Source of the DNA: Eledone cirrhosa
Lineage: Eukaryota
Assembly (NCBI GenBank): GCA_964016885.1
Contig: OZ024740.1
Location: 167,214,001-167,278,000, forward strand
Direction of reading: 5' to 3'
Length of the DNA: 64,000 nt
Of the stretch, positions 1 to 13,920 are shown piece by piece. Every line of letters begins with the position of its first letter. Positions within the stretch are counted from its first letter, which is position 1. The notes beneath the pieces are model-generated. The model was not told the origin of the DNA and searched no databases. It saw nothing but the letters and a program-made list of their open reading frames with translations. The translations under genes were made by a program, and so were the position numbers.

Positions 1-62
1 GACGCCATTCACCAACGTGGTTAAACACACGCGGGACACCCCTACCCCCCAACACACACATA

Positions 63-122
<60 letters not shown>

Positions 123-679
123 GGTGTGTATATGTGTGTGTGTGGGGTGGGTGGGGGGGGTCTGTGTGTGTGTGTGTGTGTGAGAGGGAATTCAATGAAA
201 TTTTGATTCTACGAAGCATTTTCATAATGCCTTTAAAGATAAATTCAATTATATCCCCAGATTAAACGAGTAACAAAACAAGAAGCGTAGTGCAATCACA
301 TTTACATCTCATTCTTATCTAATACATACATATATAATATAACACACACACACACACTCATATATATATATATATACATATAATGGTTTTATGCGATCGA
401 CAAGATCCTAGACTTCACCCGCTAACAGTGTTGAGTGGAACACATCATATCGGAACACGGAAACAATATTTCCATTTGTCTTTTCATTTCTGATATTATC
501 TGCCGGCAACAGTTTTTGACAGAAAGAGCAATGTGTATAACATTTCTTGCTCGAATAAAAAAGCCTTCGCCCAACCAGGAAATCGTACCCGTAACCGCAC
601 GAATGCGAATCCAATTATTTCGCATTATGTCACACGTCTGTACACATGCACACACATACACACAGGCACACACGCACGC

Positions 680-714
<35 letters not shown>

Positions 715-789
715 GGATCTGCTGATTTGGGGGATTTCATTTGTTTTAGGTAGTCTGAAGCTGGAGCTAACTATATATTGTGATATGTT

Positions 790-1420
790 TACTGATCAGT
801 CAATCTCTTAACACAAACATAAGTATGGAAGTCTTTGTATTGGAAGAGTGTTCATATTAGAGCCTATTACTAGATTATATGTCAAATAACCCTTTTCTGT
901 CCGCATTCAGCTCAGGATGCCCCATCTTTCCAATCAATCCTTTCCATATCAGGTGATAAGTACCAATATGCACATTAAAGGTTTTACTTAGGATATATGT
1001 CTCAGTCCTAACTACATCTAACATTGAAGTGACTTCTTCAAGGAAGTATTTTTATTCGGAATCTTTTTGTTGACTATCCACAAGACTTTTCTTTCAGCTT
1101 AAACTTCAAGAGGCAAATCCACCTTCGCATTGGGATCTATTTCATAAGTTATTCTAATAGCCAGGCATTTGTCAGTATTCCTAAATGTGCATTCATATGT
1201 GGGTCCACACATGAATAGAAAGTTTCAATCGTCCAGCCATATCTATGGTACTATATCTCACCGGTAACGTTTGGCATCCTCAACTAGATCCTGCTCCTTA
1301 TGTTTAAGGGTTGCAACATCCATCTTGACAGTGTTTGAAATTGTTTGCTCGCTTCTGGACAATATTTGTCATCTCGGGTTAAGCAAACTTTGTGCGCCCA
1401 TACGACGCTTCACAGGACAG
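790..1420 (-). mobile_element. Degenerate RTE-clade (Expander/Rex3-like) LINE, AP-endonuclease fragment
   Basis: Minus-strand translation gives MDVATLKHKEQDLVEDAKRYR*DIV and FNVHIGTYHLIWKGLIGKDGHPELN. These match APE motifs of RTE elements (WNVxTL..KE.ELV.E..RYRLDIV; GDFNAHVG...WKGVIGR.G.PDLN). Stops and frameshifts present. Confidence 0.6.
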
Positions 1421-1844
1421 GTCACACGTCACATTTACAATTTTGGAATGAGAGACCAGTGTAATTTTCAAACAGACACTACTACCTTCTCGAAGAACAA
1501 TGCCATATGTTTGCATTATTGCATCTGACCATACGATCGCGAATATAAGTGGACAAAATATGTCCCACCGAAAGGGTTTCTGACTAACGTTATTCGATAG
1601 GCTGAGTCGTTGGATATCAAGGAGTCGTTTAAGGTAGAGACTCTCATTTTCGAATAGAAAGCCACAGCTCCAGCACAAGCGAAATGAGGTGAGACTGACT
1701 AAGGATAACATCACTGGACTGATTTTACATGCAAAGCCAACCGGAAGGTGACCCAGAGGTAGCTCACGAGCAAGATACCCAACAAAATCAGAATATTTTT
1801 ATTTTTAAGAATATGAAATAGGAAATTAAATATATCAACTACAG

Positions 1845-1952
1845 TTCGTGGCTGGTATTAATTTATCAAATACTAAGTTAATCATGATGGGATTGGAACG
1901 CTAAAATGGAATATTATAAGTTACTTAGTTTGGCGCTCTACTGATTCTGCAA
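1845..1952 (-). mobile_element. Degenerate tRNA-derived SINE
   Basis: Reverse complement gcagaatcagtagagcgcc...gttccaatccc...gataaattaataccag resembles the better-preserved SINE copies at 20034-20372. Confidence 0.4.
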
Positions 1953-2201
1953 TCAATAGTAAACTACTTGAAGGAAATATTAATTAGATTTATCGCTTAT
2001 TGCTGACTGAAGTTTAAATTTTCCAGAGATTAAACATAATTCATAGAGCAGATATAAATATAGGATGACAAAGCGTTATGAATCAAAAACCAGTGACCCT
2101 ATAAGCAACTTGAGGAGTGACCAATGGCAACTACTTTAATATAAGTCGCCTGAAGTAGGTGAACATTTATTAAAACTTCAATACATACGTACACACTTGC
2201 C

Positions 2202-2307
<106 letters not shown>

Positions 2308-2821
2308 CATACGCACACCAACACTCACACATATACATGTGTGAGAGGTGTATGTTTATATGCATATGCTTATTGACTGTTATTAAATCGTTATCGTTTT
2401 CGTAAGTGGCAATTATTGATTTTCCAGGTGATTAATTATACCGCTGCTATAGTAAATAATTAATCAGAGAACGCCAAACTTCCATTGCTGATTAGAATTC
2501 ACTCGAACGAGGAGGAATAATGACCAGGCGCGATCTTGCTTCGACAAATCTCTTTTGACAGATACCACTAAGTTATGGCTACGATTATAAAACCTTTATT
2601 GAAACGTTCATGGCTTTATTATATGCTGAATAATGTTATTGAAAATATGACTAGAATATTGCCGGTTCGTTTTCTCGAAGAGGTATTTTGGGGAAACTAT
2701 TATTGTTTGATTAAGTTTATGATGTATTAAACCTATGTAGTAATGAATACGTCGTTCGATATATACAGATCAATAGAAATGGCATAGGTATATATTAAAA
2801 TATTTGACATTCAGTGGCTAA

Positions 2822-3540
2822 GTCTGCATACCCGGAACAGACCCAGCCTGCGAATCGGCGTTTTCCTGAGGCTTGGCCTCCGGATCTGCGCGTCACATAA
2901 ATGTCACTGCGGATCCACCGTGGACTCTTTCGGCCTCCACACGCTTAACTGTCGCTACAGTGTCGGTGGCCTTCCACGCCATGTGCCCTCAATGAGGTCA
3001 TGCAGCATGGCTTGGATGCTGCACGCTTTTCCTCACACCTAGAGCTGGTGATGCTGGACCGAGGGGACGGCAAAAAGGCCAGACAGTATCAATATCTTCG
3101 CGTTCCGCGGTGGAAAACTCCTTGTCTGGGATGCCACTTGCTGCGACACTTTCTCCAGCCGCAACCTGGTGCAGTCTGCGACTAAACCAGGTTCTACTGC
3201 ACTTCGGGCTGAGGAAGGCAAACTCTCCAAATACCGGTCGATCTCCGACAGGTTTGCAGTCGTGCCCTTGGCAGTGGAAACTTCTGGTGTACTTGGCCCT
3301 AGGGCTACCTCTCTACTCATCACCATAGGGGCTGAGCTGGCCAGTTACAGGTGTGAGCCTCGTGAGATGGAATGGCTCTACCAGTGCATCTTCCTTACCA
3401 TCCTCCGGGGAAACGTTTTCTCCATTCTGTCCGCCGTGGCGGTAGGCCGCCAGCACGTGGAACCCCATTTGTTCAAAATACAGTGAAAGGGCGAGGGCGA
3501 GAGAGATAGAGGCGTTGGCAGTGGAAGTTCGGCTCTTCTG
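2822..3540 (+). mobile_element. CRE-like non-LTR retrotransposon 3' fragment (Zn knuckle plus restriction-like endonuclease)
   Basis: Frameshifted translation LRLGLRICASHKCHCGSTVDSFGLHTLNC...LDRGDGK(R)PD...LVWDATC.DTF...AEEGKLSKY...VPLAVETSGVLGP...ILRGN. This is the CCHC plus PD-(D/E)xK RLE signature of CRE-clade elements. Confidence 0.75.
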
Positions 3541-4660
3541 TGTTCGGGCACATTGCAACTGTCATGGGGATCACTCCAGACATATGTCTCATTTTGCGAT
3601 TCATGCTAGTTCCTAAAACAGAATTTCTCGAGGTAACACTTAGAATCACTGGCTTACGGTACTGTAGATTTTTCAGTATAAGTCCTTCACTTTGAAATGA
3701 TTATTATTACTGTCTCTCTTAAATATATATATACAGGACCACTATAAATGCATCACTAGATTTAGAAGATTTAGGAATCCTTGTGATTGGGAATATATAT
3801 ATATATATTGACCACTGCATTCGGTCGTTCTTCTTGGTGTCACACATTTTAACTGTTGTTAATTGGACGATAATGTTGAGAGTCTCGATCCATAGAGTGT
3901 TTTTTGATTGACTTAAACCACTTAATTAATAACTGTTAAATGTCAGTTACATTTTGATTCATACCCAATATTATATATATATATATATATGTATATAAGT
4001 AGCCTTATAAAAATTGCATAAACATTGCATTTATACCTAGAATGCCTTTAAAACCAAGAAATATCCCATCTTTCTAATGATTACAATTCCTTGTGAGAGT
4101 CAGTTACACAATGCCAATTACCAATTCCCAAATTCAAAACCTGGAAGTATTTATTTTAATTTTCGAAGAATACATTTTTCTAATATTTTCTATTATTTTC
4201 TTTTTTTTTCTGAAAATAGAATGGGGCGAGAAAGGGGCTCCCGTGGATTTTCCCAGGCTCGGAGTTTTCATCAATGCGAATAACAGAAGGGGTAAAGGAA
4301 ATAGGTACTAAGTGTTACAGACAAGTACCTCTCAGCAGTTTGAATTTAAGGATGTTTTTATCCTTCGTCATTTTGAACTGTTGTGGAAAGCGTTGTAAGC
4401 TTAATTAATGAAGTTCTACGCAATTTAGAAATCCACCGTTCCAATGAGGAGTGCCTGTGTGAAGGAGCAATCCTTGGCCCCCAAAACTTCACAGAGAATG
4501 CCACCAATAACATCAGTCTCACATAATCTCCGGAGGACGCCAGACCTTTAAATCAATCGACACTGAAAATATATATACTCAAATTCCGTAAATGTTTTAT
4601 AAATTTCGTAAAATAGATTTTACTGTTAATTCTTTTATTACTGTCTACTTCTTCTATGTA

Positions 4661-4749
<89 letters not shown>

Positions 4750-4758
4750 AACCAGTAA

Positions 4759-4795
4759 GACCCCGACGGCTGAGCTCAAGCCGTTTCGACGGCTA
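4759..4795 (-). ncRNA. 3' half of a hammerhead-like motif with a true stem III
   Basis: Minus strand reads uagccguc GAAA cggc-uugagcuca-gccg UC gggguc. Homologous to 50748-50785. The CUGANGA half is absent. Confidence 0.45.
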
Positions 4796-5035
4796 ATTCT
4801 ATATGATTTTATCATTTATTTTGTTTGACCTGTTTAGCTTGACTTTTTTTTGGCTTAGGTGGTTAATGCCTTCTTGGCCACTTTTTCAGTTTGTATGGCG
4901 TTTTAACATATGTTTAGCTCTGGTTTTTTAACTATAGAGCGCTTGCCAGCATAACTCTGATTTTGCGTTTCGTTTCGCTTTTTCTACCCGCCGAAACGCG
5001 ATTCTCGCTGAATTTATATTTATATATATATATAG

Positions 5036-5203
5036 TATAATGAAAACGAAACATCAGTGATGCATCTGGACTTAATTTATTGCGTGTTACAATTGTTTCT
5101 CCGGCATGTAGCTCGCGACATGTTCCTTGTATGGATCTGGCTGATTCTACTTCTGCAGGTTCTTTCAGACACGAGTATTTCGTTTGGAGCAAATTTTATC
5201 ACT
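5036..5203 (-). mobile_element. HHR mini-element family A, copy 1 (no tail); HHR-like motif at 5083-5173
   Basis: Closely similar to 22507-22664 and 60991-61159. Minus strand reads cgugu CUGAAAGA ...long stem II... GAAA caauug UA acacg, then AATAAA. Confidence 0.75.
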
Positions 5204-5399
5204 TGGGTGTTATCATAAAAAAACACCCTAAAAAAACCCTACCTCCTCTCTTGTCATGCCATTGGCTGTTTTTACTCCACGTCATCACAAGTTCTGGTCA
5301 GTATCTACTGCCACACGGGTCATCAGCCATTTTCCGTCCGACATATATCGATGGAGTCATGCTGGGTTCAGCATCTCACACATCTGTTCACACTTCAGA

Positions 5400-7050
<1,651 letters not shown>

Positions 7051-7299
7051 CAATTTACAATATTTTAGGGTACATTAAAATCTGTATGTAACTGCATAAA
7101 TAGGTAGAAGAAAAAAGGGGTAAAATAAAAATTCAGGTAAAAAGGAAAAAAAAAACCGGGGGGAAGTACAGGAGAAGGTGCGAGTGTCCATGCGATATAC
7201 TACACACAGGTAGTATGAGGTGCAAACTTGTGTCCGTGTGTAGAACGGGTAACAGTAACAGAACAATAATAGAACAATAATGATAGTAATAATCATTGT

Positions 7300-9540
7300 T
7301 CCAAAGTGGATCAGGTGGAGAGTATATAGTCACGATTGACGCGGTATACAATCATGGGAACGCCCGTCCCGGTTGCCATGGGGCATGGCACCGTGGTTGG
7401 GGTGTGCTGTTCTATATGTTTAGGGCACAGGACCGGGTGGCAGTGGACCCCGTGTTAGCCGGTCCCGGCCGATGCGGAGTATCTTCCAATGTTGTGTGCT
7501 CGGTCAGGTGCGCCCCTAGTTTACATATGTTTGCCTCACGCGTCTAACACTGTCATCATAGCATGGCATCAGGTCCCCTAATCCCGCTGGGCCAATCGGG
7601 TCTGTGCGTACCCGTTCCCATGCCCACTTCCTGCGTCACCCGGAGGATTCCATGCTGCAAATGTGCATCTTCTCTGGTGTCTGCATGTCATGATAATTTC
7701 AGACTTCAGCTTGACGGCGTCATCCTTCAGTCTGACTATCTCCATGGCCTCGTGTAGGCACAATCGGCACTTTCTACTTCCGGCCTAATACGCCCTCGCG
7801 TGGCGAACGATACTCCATTCCAGGGCGTACGGAGTGCCTTGTTCTTTCAGGTCCCACACCAGGTCCGTTAATCTAGTGGAGTGTCTTTTGCTACGGTCCC
7901 TGAAGGAATTCGTCTGATTATACATCCGCGATGTAAAGGTCGTGAATATTGCGCCAATGTAGGTGTGATGCGTGTTTTGGGTTGTAACCACACACTTGTA
8001 TATTATGTCTTTCATCAAGCATTTTCCCTGTAGGGGGCACAGGGTGCCCACTCTACAGTTACAAGTTCTGCTGTCAGTTCTTGTGCATCGGTCTGTTATG
8101 GCCCTCTCAAGGTTCTGAGGGTGCTTTATCGCCGACACTTTGTCTCCCACATGCCACTGTTTCCCTCTCAGTGTTGTACCATATCGCCCTCCGCGAGCGC
8201 TCTGGTCGCCTCGGGGGCCGGGTTGTCATTTGAGGGCAAGTCCCTGGTTGATTCTCCGCGCTCCAAAAGACGGTCACTCTGTCGCCGCGGTTGACGGCCT
8301 GTGTGCTCCATCTTCACCGCGTTAGTTTTAGCCATGTAGTCGGCCATATTAGGCGCTGTGGAGAAGGAAAATGTCACCGTGTGGTTTTGAAGATTTTGTG
8401 GTATTTATTTGTCGGCGGAAAGCACTCATCTAGGGCTCGGAATAAAAGTATTGTCACGTTGGTGCGTACACGTTTTGAGTAAGGCACATTAAACGAGGTA
8501 GGGGCCTTAGATCTGTTCCTTCTTGTGCGTGGATTCTTGTTGGTGTGTCCAGGACTCGATGTCCGTACAGTGCACGGCCCAACCACAATTTCGTCCCGTG
8601 TGTTGTCTCTGATTATTTGCCCGCTAAGTGCGTCGGGGTTATGCTCTACAGTTATAAAGTTACTTCGTTCTATGTGGTCATCTATACGTCTATTCCCCTT
8701 AGGTCTATGTGATGCTGTTGTCGGTGCTGTAGTACTACAACCAGGCTGGTCGTGCTCCGTGGCGTGTGCTCCGTTCTTTTTTGTCGAAGTCCTGTCCGTG
8801 GTCCCAGTTGGCGCGGTGTATGCAGTGTGCGTGCGAGGCCCATGCCTCCTCGTACTGGGTGGTCTGGCTAATACGGGTGCCTTAGTCCTACCTCGAGTTG
8901 GTCCTGTGTCATTAATGCTAGTTGTGTTATTATTTGTGTTCCTGGATACTGCTACCAGGTCAATTCTTCTACCCAAGGAGGCGCCCTCGCTATTGGCATT
9001 TCTGCACGCCTTATCACTAGGCTCTACTCTTTCCGTGGTGTATATTATGGTGTCTTTGTAACCAGCCCTATGCGGTGCCTCATTATAATATTTGGCGTGC
9101 TGTTTAAACACTTCTGCGTTCGACGACAGGGTGGATACGCGTTTGGATACCCCTTTAACTATGGCTTCTATGACTGACTTAGGGTGATTCGATTGCATAT
9201 ACCTCCGTCCCATCCTCTAGTCCTAGCCCCGTCAGTATATTTTTCGTCGTGGCGTTAATGCTATCTAAATTTATCTGTCCTGTGGTACTATAGTTTTTCC
9301 TAATCTCTTTCGCGAGGCAGTTATTGTATGTAAATCGGTCAAGCATGTATACATTACCAGTTTTGTCCGAGGGCACGAGTAAATCCTGTCATTTTTCCAT
9401 TCCTTTGATGGTGGATCCGAGACTTTTGAGATATTTTGTCCGTCGTGCACTATTCCTATGGAACTTGATGTTACGAACTATGTTGACTATACGGTTTTCA
9501 AATTCCCCCAGTTGTGCATTATGTGGTGGGTGTCTTCTCC
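7300..9540 (-). mobile_element. Penelope-like element (Naiad-like), internally deleted and degenerate
   Basis: RT N-terminal part (HPPHNAQLGEFENRIVNIVRNIKF...VPSDKTGNVY) at 9190-9540, thumb (SNHPKSVIEAIVKGVSKRVSTLSSN...YNEA..AGY), FNVPYSKRVRTNV...FPPTNKYHKIF, and GIY-YIG (CNCRVGTLCPLQGKCLMKDIIYKC...YIG...WDLK...CRLCLHE...CRH) at about 7640-8070. Confidence 0.9.
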
Positions 9541-9620
9541 ATATTAATATATATATATATGTGTGTATATGAATAGATAAAACATAATCGTTTTGGAAGC
9601 CTCAATATATATATATATAA

Positions 9621-9668
<48 letters not shown>

Positions 9669-9750
9669 GTGTGTGTGTGTGTATGTGTGTGTGTGTATAC
9701 ACACACAAACGTTTACTCACTTGAGCTATTATATGCATTATGTTTGCATG

Positions 9751-9807
<57 letters not shown>

Positions 9808-10622
9808 GCGCGTGTTAATGGAATTGTATGAGTATTTGTTTACCTCTATATGCTTGTAATTCTCTTTAATATGCTTTAGTATGGTATCGTTTAATCACTG
9901 AATATGAATTAGCAATGGACCACCCAACTAGCATATATATAATTTCAAAGGACAGGAAACGACTAAGAATAATCATTCATTATAATCGTCATCAGTGTGA
10001 ATATTATCACACCTAATATCACCAAAATCATTATCATCATTCTCATCATCACTATTTTCAATTATTTTTTATTGTTCTATCTATCATTTTCCTCTTCTTG
10101 AAGTAACGGTCTGTTTACCCAATGTAAACCCTATTTGTTTTGTTTTAGTTCCTTGTAATGTCCTAGGCGTGATGGACGCTTGTTCCCAATACAATAAAAC
10201 ATTATCTTTATCATAACCAGCCCGTCCATCATATCATCACCTTCATGCATTTAATTATTTCCATAATCATCACCATTATCGACAGTGTCCTATCCGTCCT
10301 TTCCGACATTATTTTCATCTTAAGCACAGCAGTAGTACGACCATAATCTCTCATAATGCGATCGTCTTCTTCATCATCCTTATCAGAAATATCATTAATA
10401 TCCTCGCCACCAACATCGATACACTTATCATCATCATGAACTAAATATTAGGGGTTAACACTTTTGGTCACTGGAAATAGAATAACCCTGCTAAATCTAT
10501 TCCAATTGTTGTTGACGTTTGCATGCTCCTACGCTATATCTCATAGGCTTATATATATTTAAAAGAATAGAGGTGTAACACGCGTACATTAACATACAAA
10601 GAGACACATACACACACACACA

Positions 10623-10739
<117 letters not shown>

Positions 10740-11365
10740 CACACACTTCTCCGTATAAGACAAGAGCTGAAAAAATATCTTTTCACATGTTAAAATATCC
10801 CCCACACACTTACAGACACATTCCTACTGACCATCCCTCTACCACGAATTACTCTGCTACACACACACACACTTGTATTAATAGGCATTTGAATTGTCAA
10901 CAGGCTGCGGTTCGCACACACATCCCTGCTGACTATTATCAAAACAACGAACATCTTTACTACTACTACACACACACACACATATTTGTTGTGAAAGACT
11001 TATTTCTCAGTCAGCCGACACAAACCTACATTTGGCGCAAAATAAATTTTTTACATGACCTCTACCGACCAATCAAAATTGTTTTGACGACAAGAATTTT
11101 CGCAACACGAATTGGCGCAAAACTTATTGTAATACCGCTGGGGCCACTTTCTTAACATAAAAACAGGTAGAATTCCCAAAACTAATCAGATCAAAGCAAA
11201 CAACACGGACGCTCTATCTCAAAATTATTTTTGAAAAGCATTAGAAATGCACAACCGGTAAAAACAAAAACTCAATACTAACGAATACTATTACTAATTC
11301 TCACTTATTCCTAATTAAACTATTTTTCACTGTGAACAATTTGTCAGCATTTTCTATTCCGTTTA

Positions 11366-11495
<130 letters not shown>

Positions 11496-11515
11496 GATAG
11501 ATATATATATATATA

Positions 11516-11720
11516 GTTGTCGTAAGGTTGCAATAAATGAGTCCGTAGGTGGTATGCATTCGATGCTCACGCGGAGCTGAGTATATTATAACGACGAATC
11601 GGTGATGCATTAAAACACAATTTATTAATATATTACATATGCTTCTCTGACGTTCAGCTCAAGGCAGGATCTATTATAGATCGAACATGAATCTGATCTC
11701 GCAAGGTCCTCAGATATGTT
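11516..11720 (-). mobile_element. PLE-type 3' end with long-stem-II HHR (11629-11717), diverged relative of family A
   Basis: Minus strand reads auau CUGAGGA ...~60 nt stem II... GAAG cauaug UA auau, AATAAA, then atgcatcaccgattcgtcgtt (family A has atgcatcactgatttttcgtt), and a tail ending at (TA)n. Confidence 0.65.
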
Positions 11721-11839
11721 TATCGTTTTCAAGGCATTTCTCATGTTTTGTTGGTTCATTTTCATCTATATATATATATATATATATAAAATGAACTAAA
11801 ATAAATAAGTCAAATATTTAAAATTTGGCTTCGTTTATT

Positions 11840-11894
11840 ACTGCTATATATATTTCGGTGACAGCCATCTTTGGCTGTCACCTCTTCAGGCAGT
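11840..11894 (-). ncRNA. Type I hammerhead ribozyme (canonical core)
   Basis: acugc CUGAAGA ggugacagcca-aaga-uggcugucacc GAAA uauaua UA gcagu, immediately followed by AATAAA. Perfect 11-bp stem II, palindromic stem III. Confidence 0.9.
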
Positions 11895-12027
11895 CCGAAT
11901 TAGTGTGGTAGAGACGAGTATACATGTTGTTGAGGTGTTTAACTGTCAATACTCTGATATGCCCAGTTCCTGGTTGGGTTGTTATTTCACAACAACATGT
12001 ATACTCGTCTCTACCATACTAATTCGG

Positions 12028-12082
12028 ACTGCCTGAAGAGGTCACAGCCAAAGATGGCTGTCACCGAAATATATATAGCAGT
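12028..12082 (+). ncRNA. Type I hammerhead ribozyme (canonical core)
   Basis: Mirror copy of 11840-11894 with one stem II mismatch. Confidence 0.88.
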
Positions 12083-12326
12083 AATAAACGAAGCCAAATT
12101 TTAAATATTTGACTTATTTATTTTAGTTCATTTTACATTACACCGGAGTAACCAAACCAACCTGCGCAATTCGTCGAGTGCTCCATTCTGTATACTGAGG
12201 TGTTGGTATACAACCAACATATACTCAAAATATATATATATTTAGAATGTTGAGAAGTCACACACGAGTTGATATATATAATAGTAAAAAAAGAAAACAA
12301 AAGCAGTAGAAAATGTGAATGGCATG

Positions 12327-12551
12327 TCTTCTTCTTCTTCTTCTTCTTCTTCTTCTTCTTCTTCTTCTTCTTCTTCTTCTTCTTCTATTTCTTATTTTCA
12401 TCATCATCATCCTCCTCCTCCTCCTCCTCCTCCACTTCCTCTTCTTCTTCTTCTTCTTCTTCTCCTCCTCTCCTTTTTTGTTCTCCCCCTTCTACTTCTT
12501 CTTCTGCTTCTCATTCCCCTTCTCCTCCTACTACTACCACTACTTCCACTA
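12327..12551. repeat. Compound (TTC)n/(TCA)n/(TCC)n/(TAC)n microsatellite
   Basis: Direct reading. Confidence 0.95.
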
Positions 12552-12765
12552 CATTATAGGTCAACACCAAGAACATAGAACGAGCTAACCCTCATCTGCT
12601 ACTTTCACTACCATTTCTGCAGTTATAGTCAACACCACCGAGGAGAGAGAGAAAGCGATAAACAAAAATCTGAACTCTTCTATATATCTGTATGTAATCC
12701 ATGACATTTATACAATATTCTAATTAATATACAACTTAAGTCAATTTTAAATGTTATTATACACT

Positions 12766-12810
12766 TCCGTAGCATGAAGAAGCCCCTCGTTGCCGAAACC
12801 GGTACGATAA
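12766..12810 (+). ncRNA. Degenerate minimal HHR
   Basis: gc AUGAAGA agcccctcgttgcc GAAA ccgg UA. Palindromic stem III, weak stem II, AATAAA downstream, then (TA)n. Confidence 0.4.
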
Positions 12811-12889
12811 ATTCCTTTTTTTGTAAATAAATGTTTTGCCATTATTCTATGAAAAAAATCGCATTCTACGGTTTTTTCCATTTTACTAT

Positions 12890-12961
<72 letters not shown>

Positions 12962-13005
12962 TAGATATATATCAATATTTACCCTAAGTATATATATATA
13001 TATAC

Positions 13006-13180
13006 TTACGGTAAATGTTGATGCAATCAATTCAAGCGCTTAACGTACTTATTCCACATAGGAGTGACGGAGGAAATATCGAATAAGGAAAGCGAAGTAG
13101 TTTCAGATATTCAAGTCTTTTAATAATATTATTAAGAGACTTTAACATCGGAAACTACTGCGCTTTCCTTATTCGATATA
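13006..13180 (-). mobile_element. Short inverted PLE end: palindrome 13076-13178 plus tail 13006-13075
   Basis: atatcgaataaggaaagcg..taataat|attatta..cgctttccttattcgatat. The tail on the minus strand carries ACTC-N11-AAGTAC. Confidence 0.6.
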
Positions 13181-13230
13181 TATATATATATATATATAGA
13201 AGTGGTTACACAACAGTTAGTTCACCATAA

Positions 13231-13268
13231 CGAGAACAATTGTTTCACCTTAGCGGATCTTCAGCTCG
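13231..13268 (-). ncRNA. Minimal type I hammerhead in the PLE 3' pLTR
   Basis: cgag CUGAAGA ucc-gcuaa-ggu GAAA caauug UU cucg, about 190 nt downstream of the GIY-YIG stop. Confidence 0.85.
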
Positions 13269-13454
13269 GGATGTGCATGGTTATAGTAACAAGAAGGACA
13301 ACCGTACGAACGCGCATGCGCAGAAACTCGGTCACTTCACACAGGCAATATTAGACTGCGTGCGAGAGGTGTAAGGGAGATAAGTGCGAAAGTCCGGAAA
13401 GTTTTTAGGTTGAAAATAAAATTATAATAAAATTTAAAATAAAATTACAAAGAA

Positions 13455-13920
13455 TCAGTCTGGAGCCATGTAGTTATGCAATATATGTTTGGTGACGTGT
13501 GGACAACGTGTGAAAAATTCACTTCTCGTGTTTAGGCAATCACTATTGCGTAATCTCTTTAGAATAGTTATTCGTTCGTCAATACATAAGCCACACGTCG
13601 GATTTCCCCTTGCGTATGGCTTGGACTTAGTGATGGCTTTCCATTGAATGGAGTAGCCTATACTTGAGTCCTTGTGGGACCATACGTGGTTCGCGAGTTT
13701 CGTGGATGAACGTCTGTCCGGGTATCTGAAGGTAGACTGGTGGTTCATAATACGCTCCTTGAATCGGCCCTCCGCCATGCCCGCATAAGATTTGACCTCC
13801 TGTGGTTCGTTTGGTCGGTTGGAAGTGACCACAGCTTCATAGATATAAGCTGGTGTGTTGCATTGCTGTTGAAGGGAGCAAGCTTCAGGCTTACGGCAAG
13901 AGCACCCTGGTGTGGTGTTG
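13455..13920 (-). pseudogene. 5'-truncated Naiad-like PLE GIY-YIG endonuclease ORF (uninterrupted); element spans about 13199-13925
   Basis: PGCSCRKPEACSLQQQCNTPAYIYEAVV...SYAGMAEGRFKERIMNHQSTF...TKLANHVWSHK...WKAI..SKPYARGNPTCGLCIDE...LNTRSEFFTRCPH. Bounded by (TA)n on both sides. Confidence 0.92.

Larger units (their letters stand above)
11787..12230 (+). mobile_element. Inverted PLE pLTR pair in (TA)n: arms 11787-11932 and 11990-12135, tail to about 12230
   Basis: About 146-bp near-identical inverted arms, each holding an HHR, flanked by TA runs. Confidence 0.9.

Noticed and set aside
4430-4565. Possible Tc1/mariner PxxPDLNP relic
   Set aside because: A single frameshifted motif with no terminal inverted repeats or other transposase motifs.
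4955-5010. cugauuu...gccGAAAcgcg HHR-like stretch
   Set aside because: The core and stem I do not fit.
5255-5332. Minus-strand ggCUGAUGAccc...guAAAA possible HHR ending the 7300-9540 element
   Set aside because: No GAAA, and no palindromic or paired stem III followed by UH.
7578-8380. Possible selenocysteine (UGA) recoding, as reported for some Naiad PLEs
   Set aside because: The stop after ARAY is TAG, and the TGA at 8374 results from a frameshift. I saw no in-frame UGA at conserved Cys positions and recognised no SECIS.
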